Assembly: GCA_031835245.2 (NCBI GenBank)
Contig: JAVKOQ020000016.1
Coordinates: 310,001 to 374,000, forward strand
Reading direction: 5' to 3'
From: Balamuthia mandrillaris
Lineage: Eukaryota
DNA length: 64,000 bases
A program made the position numbers and the translations under genes. The number at the start of each line of letters is the position of its first letter. Position 1 is the first letter of the stretch. The notes below the pieces were generated by a model that worked only from the letters and a program-made list of their open reading frames with translations, was not told where the DNA came from and did no database searches. Positions 12,728 to 24,601 of this stretch are shown one piece after another.

Positions 12728-13825
12728 TCAAGACTCCTCATGTTGGATCCGTCCCGGACCCTCAGCTCTCCTTTCTTTTGTATCCCCCATCCTTCCTTTC
12801 TCTCTTTTCCCCTTTCTCTCGGTGTACTTTGAAGCAACGTCGCTGATGAGATCGCTAAGCGATGGAAACGTGACCCGCATGTTTTTGAAACTCGGCCTTT
12901 GGATGGACAGTTCCTCGACTACTCCGTAGCAGCTTTCTGCTATCATGCATAACTTTAGGTACAGACCCGTCTTGCAAGAGGGACTTCAACTCAGATGGGA
13001 ATTGCGGCAAAAGGACAAGGTCAAATATCACCACCTGTGTTTCCACGGATACACTGGTTTCCTCCCTTTCGTCTTGCGCTTTCTCCTTTCCACCAGCTTG
13101 AGCTTCAAATGCCACTTGAAGCAAGCAAAGCCGACCTTCTCGACCAAGATTGACCCCTTCGCAGTCCACTGCAACTCGCCCTGCCTTTTGCAGGTCCTAG
13201 TACAACCAAATGCTTAGATTAATTGTGCTCGTCATCGCTGACAAACGGAGGTACAACGCACCGGCACAACATTTCTTACTTTAGCTTCAGTATCCAAAAG
13301 CACGTACTTGCCTCGCTTTGGGATTGCAGCAGATGGTGGTGGCGTTCGTGACGACGGTTGTGCCTTTATCTCACAAAGAGACTTGGAACCAGATGACGAG
13401 GTGGCCGATTCAGGGGTAGAAGAGGAACCAGTGGAGGACGCCTTTGAGACGTTGTTTGAGGATGAGCAAACGGGTAGTGTTGGAGCTTTTTTGTTAGTGG
13501 AAGCAGGCCCCATATCAGATGATGACGAAGCCGGTGTTGAAGTAGATTTCGTTGCAGATGAGACTTTCGGTTTGCTGGGTTCTGCTAAGCGCACCCTAAC
13601 CGCATAATCAGGCCCAAAAACTTGAAACTTGTCAGGGTGTTGTGCAAAGAACTTTTTCATCTTGCCTTTCTGTATGCGTTTCAACTCCACCTTAAAATCC
13701 GTTCCACAATAAGATTGAAACTTCTTGGAGAACAAGTGCAGGGGCACACCCTGTTGTTGTTGGGCGTCAGGCAGCGAGCAAAGGAAGTCTACACATTTTC
13801 TCTCCAGCGTTTTCTTGGAAGTCAT
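12728..13825 (-). pseudogene. LOTUS/OST-HTH-like domain plus EXD1/Egalitarian-type DEDDy 3'-5' exonuclease, disrupted after KVMHD
   Basis: N-terminal MTSKKTLERKCVDFL..LFSKKFQSYCG..MKKFFAQHPDKFQV, Ser/Thr linker, intron about 13198-13262, then VAVDCEGVNLGREGRLCLLQVA and KVMHDSR, followed by loss of frame. Confidence 0.65.
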
Positions 13826-14922
13826 CTTTGTCAGTCCAACAGTTCCTCCTCTCCTGGTTTTTTTTTTTTTGGGGGGGTTTGTGAGTAAGTGAAAAGAATA
13901 TACTGTGCACCACATACCAGCAGCATGTCCTGTCCAGGACACGCCAACCACCCGAGCCAACTTAATTTATCATTGCGTGGCCACCACCCATTATTACTGG
14001 CTTTCTTATATCCACAACCGCCAGGAGTAGCGTTGTAGTAGCGATCCATTTTGCTGGTGAGTGTTGCGGCGGAAAGGAGAGAGTGAGGATGCATCAAGAA
14101 GCAGAAAAAGTCAGATACCCTGCGAAGTTGTGGGACACTGTCTCCCCATGACACTACTCGCTCCAACGTGTCAGCCTTTATGGTTGTTGTTTGGAGTGTG
14201 GTTCAGGCGGTTCCACTTCGTCGGCGTCTCCTTCCACCTGGCTCCCTGAAAGACGGCCGCTTCTTCTGTCATGGCGTGTTGCAGTCTTTTTAATAAACCC
14301 AACACACTTCCATCATCCTCCGGATGTTTACCCGATTCGCACGGCCCGCACGTGGCTCACCTCCGCCCGACCATGTGGCCTGATGCACTCAAACATCTCA
14401 CGCTTGTCCGTACAGACCTCCCACCTACGCTTTCGCCATCGCCCTTGCATGGGAGTGGGATAAGCGATCGGAGATACGATACCTTTCTTCGTGCGATTTT
14501 TTAGTTACTTAAAAACTCTCTGTCCTCTCCTGTACTTGCTCGTGTCTCTCTTTGTCTGCCATAACTGCTTCTTGTTCTTCCTTCTCATTTCCTGTGTCTG
14601 GTTGAAGTACTTTTTGTTGTACTCTCGGGAAGGAGCTAAAAGTTTTTTGTTGCTTTTGTGGCCTTGTTTGTCCGCTTTTCTCAATTGCTGTTGGTACAAG
14701 TTCGACGGTCAAGCCCTGACTGCTTACCTCATTTTCCCTTGTGTACTTGTGAACTTGTAAACGTGTTCATGAAAACGGAAAGGTTTTAGCCATAGGTTGA
14801 TGATACAGAACACGAAATGAAAGAGCAAAATGGTGCGTTATTATTTTTTTTTCGTTCCTTGTTTCAATGGGTATCAACTTAATGATAGCCATGGATATAA
14901 AGCAGTTACAAAAACCAAATGA

Positions 14923-14967
<45 letters not shown>

Positions 14968-14969
14968 TT

Positions 14970-16420
14970 TCACAAAGCAGAAAGAGGAGAACGAGAAACT
15001 AGATTCGTCAATGCCGATGGCGATGCCATCGGAGAATTGTAAGGAGACTGTGGCGGTGTATGCACTTTGGTTTGCTGCATACAAAGGAAGTACAGTTAGA
15101 AGAAGGTTATAACAAGAACAAGAGGCAAAACGGGAAAATAGAAACCTGAAACTTTTTTCTCAAAGCATTCGCAAAGCATTCGCTAGAATTGTTGGGATTG
15201 ACCATAGCAGCCCTCTCTTCTTTGGTTCTCAACGGCGTGCCGCCGGGAGATCTTCTGACTCCCTCCACACGCTTGAGACGAAAGCTCAAGGCCGCGGGTG
15301 GAGAGCTCTTGGCGGTGGAGACATTCTTGTGGGTCAGGTCCAGGCGAGGAGTGCGACGAAGCTGAATGTTGGTGATCTCGGCCAGAGTTGGGGCACGTGG
15401 ACCTCCTTCTTTGGCTACCCTTGGCGTTAACGCTGTTTAGGTTGGTATTGGCAAATAGAGATACGTGAGCAAGAAAAAAGAGGAAAGAAAAGTGAAACGA
15501 GAAAGAAAGGTAACCAAAGGAAAAGAAACGAGAAAGAGAAACATAGAGAAGAGCGAGAATGTACTTCTTGCCGAATTACTTCGCAGCTTGATGCTCTGTA
15601 GGTCTTTCAAGGAGAGCAGAGGCACAACGGGACCTTCGGCATTCTCCTTATCGGCGCCTTTGGTCCTGCCCTTGTTGCGAGCGATGGCTTTCTGAATGGC
15701 AGCCGAAGGATCCAACGACGCCGACGAAGGTAGCTTTGGAAGAGGAGGTGGGGGCGGGGGAGGAGCCATCATCGGAGGCAACGTTTGCTCGGTTGTTGTT
15801 GATGCCGAAACAGACAAAGAAGCAGAAGACATAGAAGCGGCCCTCTTTTCTCGACGATGACCGCGCTGAAGGGTTGCCAGCTGTTCGGCCATGTCATCGG
15901 CCAACCTTTGCTGAAACTCCAACATGGGCTTGCGCAGCCACTTCTTGCGTTGTTGTCGCAGCCGCTTGACGTCGTGCTCGATGTTCTTAAGCCGTCGCTC
16001 CAGGCGAACCACCCTGTCGGAGAGCTGCTGGTTTTGTCGATAGAGGTGAATGTACCAACCGAAAAAGAGGTAGAGCAGAGCTTTGAGAGGGAGCAGGAGG
16101 AGCAGGCGGAAGAGAAAACGGAGAGCGGAGTAGAGGAGGTTCGCCCAGAGGAGCATTCCGGGCCAAAAGGAGTCGACCAGGGAGGTAGATGTCTTTCCTT
16201 GGAAACACATGTACTCTTCTTCCACGAGCAAAGCCTCATCCTCAAGAGAGAAGCAGCAGTTGCTTGAGTTATTCTCGTTTTCGTTTTCTTCCTCTCCTTC
16301 CTCTTCTGCTTCTGCTTCTTCCTCTTCCTCTCGAATCTTTTTGGGGTGTGTAGGAGTGAAAGCGAACTCGGAGAGCCGGGAGCCACCTCTTGACTTCCGT
16401 CTTTTGTTGCTGCTCGGCAT
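14970..16420 (-). CDS. PRR11-like proline-rich protein with a hydrophobic segment, coiled coil and WH2-like repeats
   Basis: Poly-Pro, LSLKDLQSIKLR repeat, RSPGGTP and ALRKKFQ motifs resembling the PRR11 C-terminus. Three exons; last exon QTKVHTPPQSPYNSP...*. Confidence 0.55.
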
Positions 16421-16689
16421 TGTATGTTGTATGTGTCTTCTCCTTGTGCCGTATACCAAGTTCTTCTCTTTCTCTATCTATCTCTCTTTGGTTTTCTCTA
16501 TAGTGGTGCTTTATTTTTTTCGTTATGGATGTAACGTTCGGCTTTCCCGCCAAAATGATTCCCTGTAGAAACGTGGAACAGGGAGTGGGCTAGCCTCGCT
16601 GAGAATATTGTCTCGTGTAAAAATAGCATTATGGATTGGACAAAAAAATACCCTTTACTAGTATGCTTGAAAAAAAGGGTTGGTGCTTT

Positions 16690-18327
16690 TCACTCCTGGC
16701 TTGCTTGTTGTTGGCCTTGTGCTTCTTCTTCCTCATGTTCTTCCTTTTCTTCTCCTTCTTCTTCCTCGTATTCTTCCTTTTCCTGTTCTTGTTGTTGTTG
16801 TTGTTCTTGTTCTTGTTGTTGTTCTTGTTGTTGTTCTTGTTGTTGTTCTTGTTGTTGTTCTTGTTCTTGTTCCAATACTCTTTTTGTGCCGTTTTCTTCT
16901 CCTTCTTCGTCTTCGTCTGTGGAATAAGGATGATCTTCCATCTCTACTTGGTCTTCTTCCTCTTCCTCTTCTTCCTCAGGTTCGTCTTCTTCTCCTACTT
17001 GCTCTCCCAACAGCTCCTTCTTCAAACATCCCGTGTTGTGCCTCCAATAGCTTGTGTCCAACCGTAAGACCTTTCCATTAGGCGTCACATACTCTTGATA
17101 AGGGTTCACTTCCATATACGCATCCTCTTGCCAGGGCTCCGCAAAAGGAATCACTTTCCACAGAGGATACTTTTGCGTAAAGTACTTCCTTCCATACTTC
17201 TTCTGCAAAGCCAACACTCTCTTTGTTGTCTCGCTTACTCCCACCGACCGCCAGGCGTTCCTATCATCCTCCTCTGGATAGTCCACACGACGCTGCAAGG
17301 CCTCCTTGGCGGCCTCGTAGTTCTCCCAATCCAGACCTTCCACCACCCCGTTCAAGTCAAACACCAAGCCTGCCTCATCCGTCATCAACAGCTCGTAGCC
17401 AGCAAGCTCCAGCCGGTGGTACCAGTCGCAGTCGGCTGGGTAGTGAGGCACGCCCACGTCCGGAGGGATGTGCAACACAGCCGCCGTGCGATAGGCCGCA
17501 AAGTGGTCATAGGCAAAGAAGACGGTGGCCCAGCTCTCGTGGCGACCCTGGTCCGTGAGGCTATCGAACACTCGCAACACCCCTTCCCCGAACGAAGGCT
17601 CCAGCCGGCTCCTGCCCAGGTGGACCACGTCCGCATGGGTCCAGAAGTAAAAGGGCATGCGCTGGCGTTGGGCATCCATCACCATGAGTTCGTGCATCTG
17701 GGAGAAGGTCAGCTGGGTGTGGGTTTGGAGGAGGCGGCTGTGGCGAAGGACAAAAGGGTGGTTGGAGGCGGTGCAGTTGTGGGAGTTGTCGATCACGGTG
17801 ATGCGGCCGGAGAAGCCGTTGTGGAGGAGGGAGGTGAAGCTCTGGAGGAACATGTGAAAGTTGAACTGGAACATGATGTACACGGTCCAGCGACGAGAGT
17901 CCTTGACGGCCTTTGCGGCAAAGCGTTGGTCCTGTTCGGTGGGGGGAAAGGCAGCGGCGTTGGCTTTGGCGCGGTCGAGGACGTGGGCCATGCAGCCGCT
18001 CCGGAGGGAGAGCGACGCTTGGGGGAGGGCACGCGGCATGCCCTCGGACCATCGCGGGGGGTCCAACATCCATTCCTCCACGTCCCTCTTTTGCACGTAG
18101 TTGCGGAGGGCGTACCGCGCCGAGTCCTTTGGCGGGAGGAGCGCAGCGGCGGAGGCGGAGGAGGGGGACGAGAGCGCGGGCGCGGCAGGGGAGGCGGAGG
18201 AGTGGACGGCGAAGGAGGCGAGCGGTTGCAGGGAGAGAAAGCTGGGAAGGAACACGAAGGCGTAGGCGAGGCAAGCACCGAGGAAAAAGCCGATCACCGT
18301 TTGCCTCTTCATCGCTGCGCCTCTCAT
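16690..18327 (-). CDS. Putative GT-A fold glycosyltransferase, type II membrane, with an acidic Glu/Gln tail (paralog A)
   Basis: 545 aa intronless ORF. N-terminal signal anchor, ITVIDNS, YFWTHADV, FFAYD and PHYPADCDWYHRL. Confidence 0.7.
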   Translation of the reverse strand: MRGAAMKRQTVIGFFLGACLAYAFVFLPSFLSLQPLASFAVHSSASPAAPALSSPSSASAAALLPPKDSARYALRNYVQKRDVEEWMLDPPRWSEGMPRALPQASLSLRSGCMAHVLDRAKANAAAFPPTEQDQRFAAKAVKDSRRWTVYIMFQFNFHMFLQSFTSLLHNGFSGRITVIDNSHNCTASNHPFVLRHSRLLQTHTQLTFSQMHELMVMDAQRQRMPFYFWTHADVVHLGRSRLEPSFGEGVLRVFDSLTDQGRHESWATVFFAYDHFAAYRTAAVLHIPPDVGVPHYPADCDWYHRLELAGYELLMTDEAGLVFDLNGVVEGLDWENYEAAKEALQRRVDYPEEDDRNAWRSVGVSETTKRVLALQKKYGRKYFTQKYPLWKVIPFAEPWQEDAYMEVNPYQEYVTPNGKVLRLDTSYWRHNTGCLKKELLGEQVGEEDEPEEEEEEEEDQVEMEDHPYSTDEDEEGEENGTKRVLEQEQEQQQEQQQEQQQEQQQEQEQQQQQEQEKEEYEEEEGEEKEEHEEEEAQGQQQASQE

Positions 18328-18621
18328 GTCTCTCTTCTTTTCTTCCTTGTCTCTGGTTTTAATTCATTTGCAGTTGCTCAACGTCGAGGGCAAGCAACGG
18401 CTAAACTTTTGTCCAACCAAATGTAACGGAATGCTGTGGACGTCGGGTGACCAGTTCCGAATCCCAAATTTCGATGATGTCATTCGCTCCTTTTATAGAT
18501 ATTTTATAAAAACCTGTTCATCGAAAATTCGAAGCTTAAGGCGGTATAACAAAAAGATTGCACAAAACTAAGCGAAACGCTGATGTTTGACGCGCTATAG
18601 GTAGTCGGTATCCCAACTCCC

Positions 18622-20133
18622 ATGCGGTACCGAAACGTGTTCTCCTTTTTCCTCGGAGTGTGGTTTTCCTTTCTTCTCTACCTCGTGATGAACAACGCTA
18701 TCCGAGGCATTCCTGCCGATGCCTCTTCCAGCGCTTCTGGGACACCCACTGTAAGAGACGCCAGTTGGTTTGACTTGACAACCTTCTTGTACAAACAGGA
18801 AAGCGTTCGGGTCTCTGGTGAATGGATGGATCCATATTATCACTCAAAAACAAACGTTCTACCTCGGCTAGGCTGCATGGACGAACATCTGCTGCTTGCT
18901 CGCGCCACAGCTGCGGCAACCCCTCCAACGGAACAGGACCTACACTTCTTTTCTAAGGCAGTGCGAGATTCTCGACGCTGGACCGTGTACATCATGTTCC
19001 AGTTCAACTTTCACATGTTCCTCCAGAGCTTCACCTCCCTCCTCCACAACGGCTTCTCCGGCCGCATCACCGTGATCGACAACTCCCACAACTGCACCGC
19101 CTCCAACCACCCTTTTGTCCTTCGCCACAGCCGCCTCCTCCAAACCCATACACGATTAACATTCTCTCAGATGCAAGAACTAATGGTGATGGATGCTCAA
19201 CGCCAACGCATGCCCTTCTACTTCTGGACCCATGCGGACGTGGTCCACCTGGGCAGGAGCCGGCTGGAGCCTTCGTTCGGGGAAGGGGTGTTGCGAGTGT
19301 TCGATAGCCTCACGGACCGGGGTCGCCACGAGAGCTGGGCCACCGTCTTCTTTGCCTACGACAACTTTGCTGCTTATAGAACTGCTGCTGTGTTGCACAT
19401 CCCTCCAGACGTAGGAATCCCTCATTATCCAGCCGACTGCGACTGGTACCATCGGCTGGAGCTCGCTGGCTACGAGCTGCTGGTTGCCGACAGCGCAGGG
19501 TTTGTATATGACATGCATGGGGTGGTGGAGGGTGGGTTACCTTGGGGCGATTACGAGGCTACCGAAGAGGTCCTGCAGCGACACTTGGAGAACCCAGAAG
19601 GCACGAACAGAAACGAGTGGCGCAGAGTCGGGGTGGATAAGGCCACCGGAATGGCGTTGGAGTATCAGAGGAAGTACGGAAGGAAGTACTTCAAAGACAA
19701 GTTTCCTCTTTGGCAGGTCATTCCCTTTGCGGAGCCCTGGCAAACGAAGAACCAGACCTCTGTAACGCTAACCAAGCCGGACAATATGAAACAAGTCTAC
19801 ACCACTCCCAATGGCAAACTGCTGCGGATAGAAACGAGTTATTGGAGGAAAGGAACCGGGTGTTTGCCACAGGAGCTCCGGGAGAAACAGGAAAAGACAG
19901 AGCAGGAGAAGGAAGAGAAGACAACACCACCAGAACCAGAGCAAAGAGTATTGCTCGTCGACAAAGGCATAACGGACCGGTGGGTCCAGAAAACAAGGCC
20001 TTCCGTCAAAGAAGATGGCCAGTCAGCAAAAGGAGAGGCAGTTGAGGCTAGAGGACGACCGTCTCCCAGGAGATCCCGAGGAGGCACAAACACCAAAGCG
20101 CAGGAGGTGTTGCGGATACGTAGCAAGCGTTGA
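18622..20133 (+). CDS. Putative GT-A fold glycosyltransferase (paralog B, head-to-head with A)
   Basis: 503 aa intronless ORF with the same motifs. The central region is nearly identical to paralog A. Confidence 0.7.
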   Translation: MRYRNVFSFFLGVWFSFLLYLVMNNAIRGIPADASSSASGTPTVRDASWFDLTTFLYKQESVRVSGEWMDPYYHSKTNVLPRLGCMDEHLLLARATAAATPPTEQDLHFFSKAVRDSRRWTVYIMFQFNFHMFLQSFTSLLHNGFSGRITVIDNSHNCTASNHPFVLRHSRLLQTHTRLTFSQMQELMVMDAQRQRMPFYFWTHADVVHLGRSRLEPSFGEGVLRVFDSLTDRGRHESWATVFFAYDNFAAYRTAAVLHIPPDVGIPHYPADCDWYHRLELAGYELLVADSAGFVYDMHGVVEGGLPWGDYEATEEVLQRHLENPEGTNRNEWRRVGVDKATGMALEYQRKYGRKYFKDKFPLWQVIPFAEPWQTKNQTSVTLTKPDNMKQVYTTPNGKLLRIETSYWRKGTGCLPQELREKQEKTEQEKEEKTTPPEPEQRVLLVDKGITDRWVQKTRPSVKEDGQSAKGEAVEARGRPSPRRSRGGTNTKAQEVLRIRSKR

Positions 20134-20473
20134 GCTCCGTTTGAACGGAGCAGCTTTTTGCCAGCAGCCATTCTTCGGCTTTTTATACTTCATTCATTCA
20201 AACAAAAAAACTGGTGCTTTGTAGTAAGGGTCGAACCTGCGATCTACTTTTCCTTCCCAAAAAAAAAGGGCAAGCATGTAATGAGATTCGATCCGAAGGC
20301 ACTGTAACGCAGGGCAATATAAAAACGCAATATAGCCTGAGAGGAGAAGGACAACCGTTCGCAAGGAAGGAAGGTATTTTCAAGAAGCCTGGGGCACCAC
20401 CCTCGTTTTTTTTCGCTCTTTTTTGTTTTTATTCACCGATCTTTCTTCTTGCTTGTTGGAAAGAATAAAAGAC

Positions 20474-21410
20474 ATGGGAGACACCACCACCGATTTGTGG
20501 GGGGCGCTCACCACCTCGCCGTGGTCGCCTTTCTCCGCGGCGCCCTCGCCCTTGTTGGAGCGGGGCTGGGCCTACCTCTACGACAGCTGGGGCGACCTGC
20601 TGGGCTCTCCCGCCTTCGCCCCGGCTCTCGGCTTTGGCTACTACTTTGCCTGCTGCCTGGTGTTCATGGTCCTGGACTACTACACCTACCGCTACCAGGC
20701 CTGGGCCGAGGAGCAAGCCTCCACCAACAACAAAGAGAAGAAAAAAGCGGCAGCAACGAAGAAGATTAACGATGACAAAGACTTGGATTCTGCTGCTGTT
20801 GGGCTCAGACAACGCTCCACAGAGAAACAAAACAACACCAAGGCGGTCTCGCTCCTGAAAAAAGAGCAGCTGGAGATCTACAAGCAGTCTCATATGCAGC
20901 TGCCGGAGGAGGAGCTGGCCCAGGTGGCCCTCATCCTGGAGAAGAACCCCATCGCCAGGTACAAGCTCCAGTGGAAGAAGAAGGTCACCTGGCCGTTGAT
21001 CTACCGGGCTTTGGCCCTCACCATGTGGAACCAGCTCATCTGCGTGATGCCTTTGGTCTTTATGGGGATCTACTTTGGCTCCAAGTACGGAGTGCTCGTC
21101 GAGGGAGCGGATGAGGAGGAGATGGCTCGTCTCGGCAACAGGGTGTACCTCCCGAGGGAAGCGCCCCACTCGCTTGTTGTGGATGTGGGGCTGAAGCTCG
21201 TGTTCTGCATGCTCCTCTTCGACATGCTCTATTGGGCCTGGCATTGGACCTTCCACAAGGTGCCCTACCTCTATCGCACCGTGCATTCGGTGCACCATCG
21301 CTACTCCTCTCCTTTTTCCTGGGTAACGCAGTATGTGCACCCTGTTGAGCTGCTCTTTACTGGTATGGTTCTTTTCTCTCTTTTCTGTTGGTCCTCTTCT
21401 CTGTTCTCAT

Positions 21411-21448
<38 letters not shown>

Positions 21449-22142
21449 TGTATCCTCATTCCCTTCCCTTCCCTTCCTTCCCTTCCCTTCCCTTCCCTTC
21501 CCTTCCCTTCCCTTCTCTTCCCTTCCCTTCCCTTCCTTCCCTTCCCTTCCCTTCCCTTCCCTTCCCTTCCCTTCCCTTCCCTTCCTTCCCTTCTTCCTCT
21601 TCCCTTCCTTCCCTTCCTCTCCTTCCCTTTCCTTCCCCTTCCCTTCCCTTCCCTTCCTTTCCCTTCATCGTTCTCTTCCCTTCCCTTCCCTTCATCGTTC
21701 TCTTTCTACTCTCCTTCTCCTTGTTTCATATTTCCTCTCACTTACACCTTCTACCTTCTGTTTTTGTTTCTCCACCTCCATCCACCTCCATCCATCAACC
21801 ACAACAAAAGGCTTCTTCTCATTCCTGACGCCAATTCTCGTGGGCTGCCATCCGCTCACCTCATGGCTGTGGATCCCCATCAGCATCTACATCAGCATCG
21901 AGGCCCACTCTGGCTATAACTTCCCGTGGATGCTCAACAACTGGATTCCATTCTATGGCGGTGCGGTCACGCATGATCTTCATCACCAAAAGCCAAAGAC
22001 CAACTATGAGCCCTTCTTCACCTACTTGGATCGCTTCTTTAATACGGACTGTAAAATCGTTCCTTCGTCGTCGTCTTCTTTCACTTCTGCTGTAAAGAAA
22101 GAGGTTGAAGCAACTTCTTCCTCCTTTAATCCTGTCATGTAA
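20474..22142 (+). CDS. Fatty acid hydroxylase/sterol desaturase superfamily protein (cholesterol 25-hydroxylase or C4-methylsterol oxidase-like)
   Basis: Three His boxes HWTFH, HSVHH and HDLHH, plus YVHPVE and EAHSGY. One intron of about 21363-21809. Confidence 0.9.
21461..21690 (+). repeat. (TTCCC)n intronic microsatellite
   Basis: Imperfect pentanucleotide tandem repeat visible in the sequence. Confidence 0.95.
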
Positions 22143-22286
22143 ACAGGAAGATGAACATAAGCATCAAGGCTGTGTAAACATTTGGGTTGTTTTTCTTCCT
22201 CCTTTCTTGTCCCTCTCTCTTGCTTTCTTGCATCCGTGTTGTTCATTGTGCCGTGTTTTGTCTTTTGTGGGTGTCTTCTCTTTCGC

Positions 22287-23760
22287 TTATGTCGTCTCGT
22301 TCAACAACGTGCTTTCAGCGTCCTTTCCGTTGATATCAAGCAGAGCGGACAACGCATCATCCACCGAAACCACTCCAATCGTCCTGTTGCTGTTCCTTCC
22401 ACCTTCGTCGCTAACAACGTAGATGTTATGAACGGAATAGTAGTTGAGAGCAAGAATTGCGGTGCTCAAACTATCCTCAGGGAAGCAAGTGACGACCTCG
22501 CCACGAACGCTGCGGAAGAAGGTTAATGCCTCGCTGTTGTATCTTTGTAATGCGTCGTAGTTGCGTTGTCGTTGCAGCAAGTAGGAGATGACAGGTTGCG
22601 CCAAACTTTGGAACTCGCTTAGGTCATTTCCAAGCAACTGGTAAACAAGGAGAGAACAGAGGAATATGGTTAAAAGGAGAAAGAAAGACGCAAGAAAGAA
22701 GAAAGACGTGTATACTTTGATATCAGAAAGACTGATTGTAGCCACTAATTCGCCTTCCGCTCCTACAACAGCAAGAGAGTTGACATTCTGCATAATGAAA
22801 ACGCTTTCAGTGATGCTGGAGAGTTAAAACAGAATAAGAAGACAATAAAAAACCTTTTCTATCATGAGTTGAAAGGCAGCATAGGCTATAGTATTAATGG
22901 GGATTGTTATAGCGGGTTTGTTGCAAAAGCCCAACTCTCGCACTGTTCTTCTAGAACGGGGCAGAACATCAAGCATTGTTGTAAGAAACTGAAGTATGCG
23001 CGCTTGCGATACGATATTGACCGGCTGTCCTACGAGAGATACGATTGTGGATGTGTGGTAGTTTAGTTTCTGCGTGAATGCAAGAACTGAAGATAGGAGG
23101 AGAAGAAGAAGAAGAACAAGAAGAAGAAGAAGAAGAACAAGAACAAGAAGAAGAAGAAGAACAAGAACAAGAACAAGAACAAGAACAACAACAAGAACAA
23201 CAACAAGGAGCAAGAATAGAAGGGAGAACGATAGAACTATAGGTAGAGAGGAATAAAATAGCTTTAGAGAAGAGATAACAACAGCAAGGCAAATGCATCG
23301 CGGACGGATAAAGTATACCATCAGCAGTGCATAGCACAACTCGAGGAAGCCCAGCTTCCAGCATTCTCTTCAGCACTCCATAAACCGTAGCTGTCTCTGC
23401 CGGCATCATCAACAACGGTTCTTGTTGTTGAGCTTCTTTCAACGTTCGTTTGATGTGATGGACAGTGTGTTGAACGAGCTCTCTTTTGTCGATCAGCATC
23501 GAGTAGAAGTTATAGGTGTGTTTCAGCAGGTTCTCCACGTCCTCCTCTGCAAATCCGTGCAAGAAGTGAGCCACCACGTCTCTGACGCTGAGCATGGATG
23601 TTACTTTGCCTTGTTGGTCCACCACAACGAGAGAGAGAACACGATTCTCCGTCAACATCTTTTGGAGTCGGTTTGTGAGGAAGAAATGTTTACATCAAGA
23701 ACAACGAATTTTTTTTTTTTACTTTGAAGTCTCTGGCTACCTCTCCCTCCCTCCCTCCCT

Positions 23761-23818
<58 letters not shown>

Positions 23819-24398
23819 AACCCTCAACTCTCAAAGGACTGCAGAAAGGACTCCACGTTTCCTTTGGCGGCATCCCACTTCACCTCCAACGCCGCTCCTG
23901 AGGAGGTGTTCAGCACCTCTTTTGCTGTCTCAAGCGTCAACAATCCGCTCTCTTTGTCGGCGTTCATGACCTGCAGCAAGACTTGCTGCTTTTTGCAGAG
24001 GTTGGACCACTCTTCGCTGTGCCTTTGGGGCGCCCTTGTTGCGCTGAAGAACCAATACGGCACCTGAACGTCCTGCGTCTTCTCTTCCGTCCCGCCTGCC
24101 TGCTTCATTGGGCATTTGGTGGTGATGCAAAGGAACCACACCTCTTTGCTTCGTTCAGGTTAGCAAAAAGAAAACAGCTGAACCAGAATAGAAAGCTACC
24201 GAAAGGGTCGGTGAACTTTGGAGGGGAGTAACCCCAATACACCCGCAGCCACATGCTTTCCCCGACGGAATTGTTTCGAATAGCCCACTTTATGGCTCGC
24301 ACCAGGTCGCGCGTGCGTTCCCTGTCTCGCAACAACGTCGCAAGGAACGGTCCATGCTCCTCGCTGGCCAGGAGGTCCTTCGTTTTGGCGTTACCCAT
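22287..24398 (-). CDS. Multi-CBS-domain protein (AMPK gamma/SNF4-like); 5' end uncertain
   Basis: CBS repeats: MLTENRVLSLVVVD..G.V..MLSVRDVV; NIVSQARILQFL; VNSLAVV..EGELVATISLSDIK; VHNIYVV..IGVVSVDDAL. Possible start MGNAKTK at 24398. Confidence 0.75.
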
Positions 24399-24601
24399 GC
24401 TTCTCCTCCCTCTGCTACACAGTTTTCCCATTTTAAGGAGGGATCCTTAAACTTGGATCAACATTTATGATTTCTGATTGGGCGAAAACAAGATTCGATT
24501 GAAATTTCTCAGAAAATAATTTTAAAAAGGAAAAGATGACCAAAAAAATAAAAAGAAAAACAACGCCCAAGTGTTACAACAAAACAACAACAACAACAAG
24601 G

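Noticed and set aside
17095..18426. 443-aa plus-strand ORF
   Set aside because: Antisense shadow of the GC-rich glycosyltransferase gene, with no recognisable motifs.
17500..19370. Inverted repeat as transposon terminal repeats
   Set aside because: The repeats lie inside paralogous coding regions; no transposase or target-site duplication was seen.
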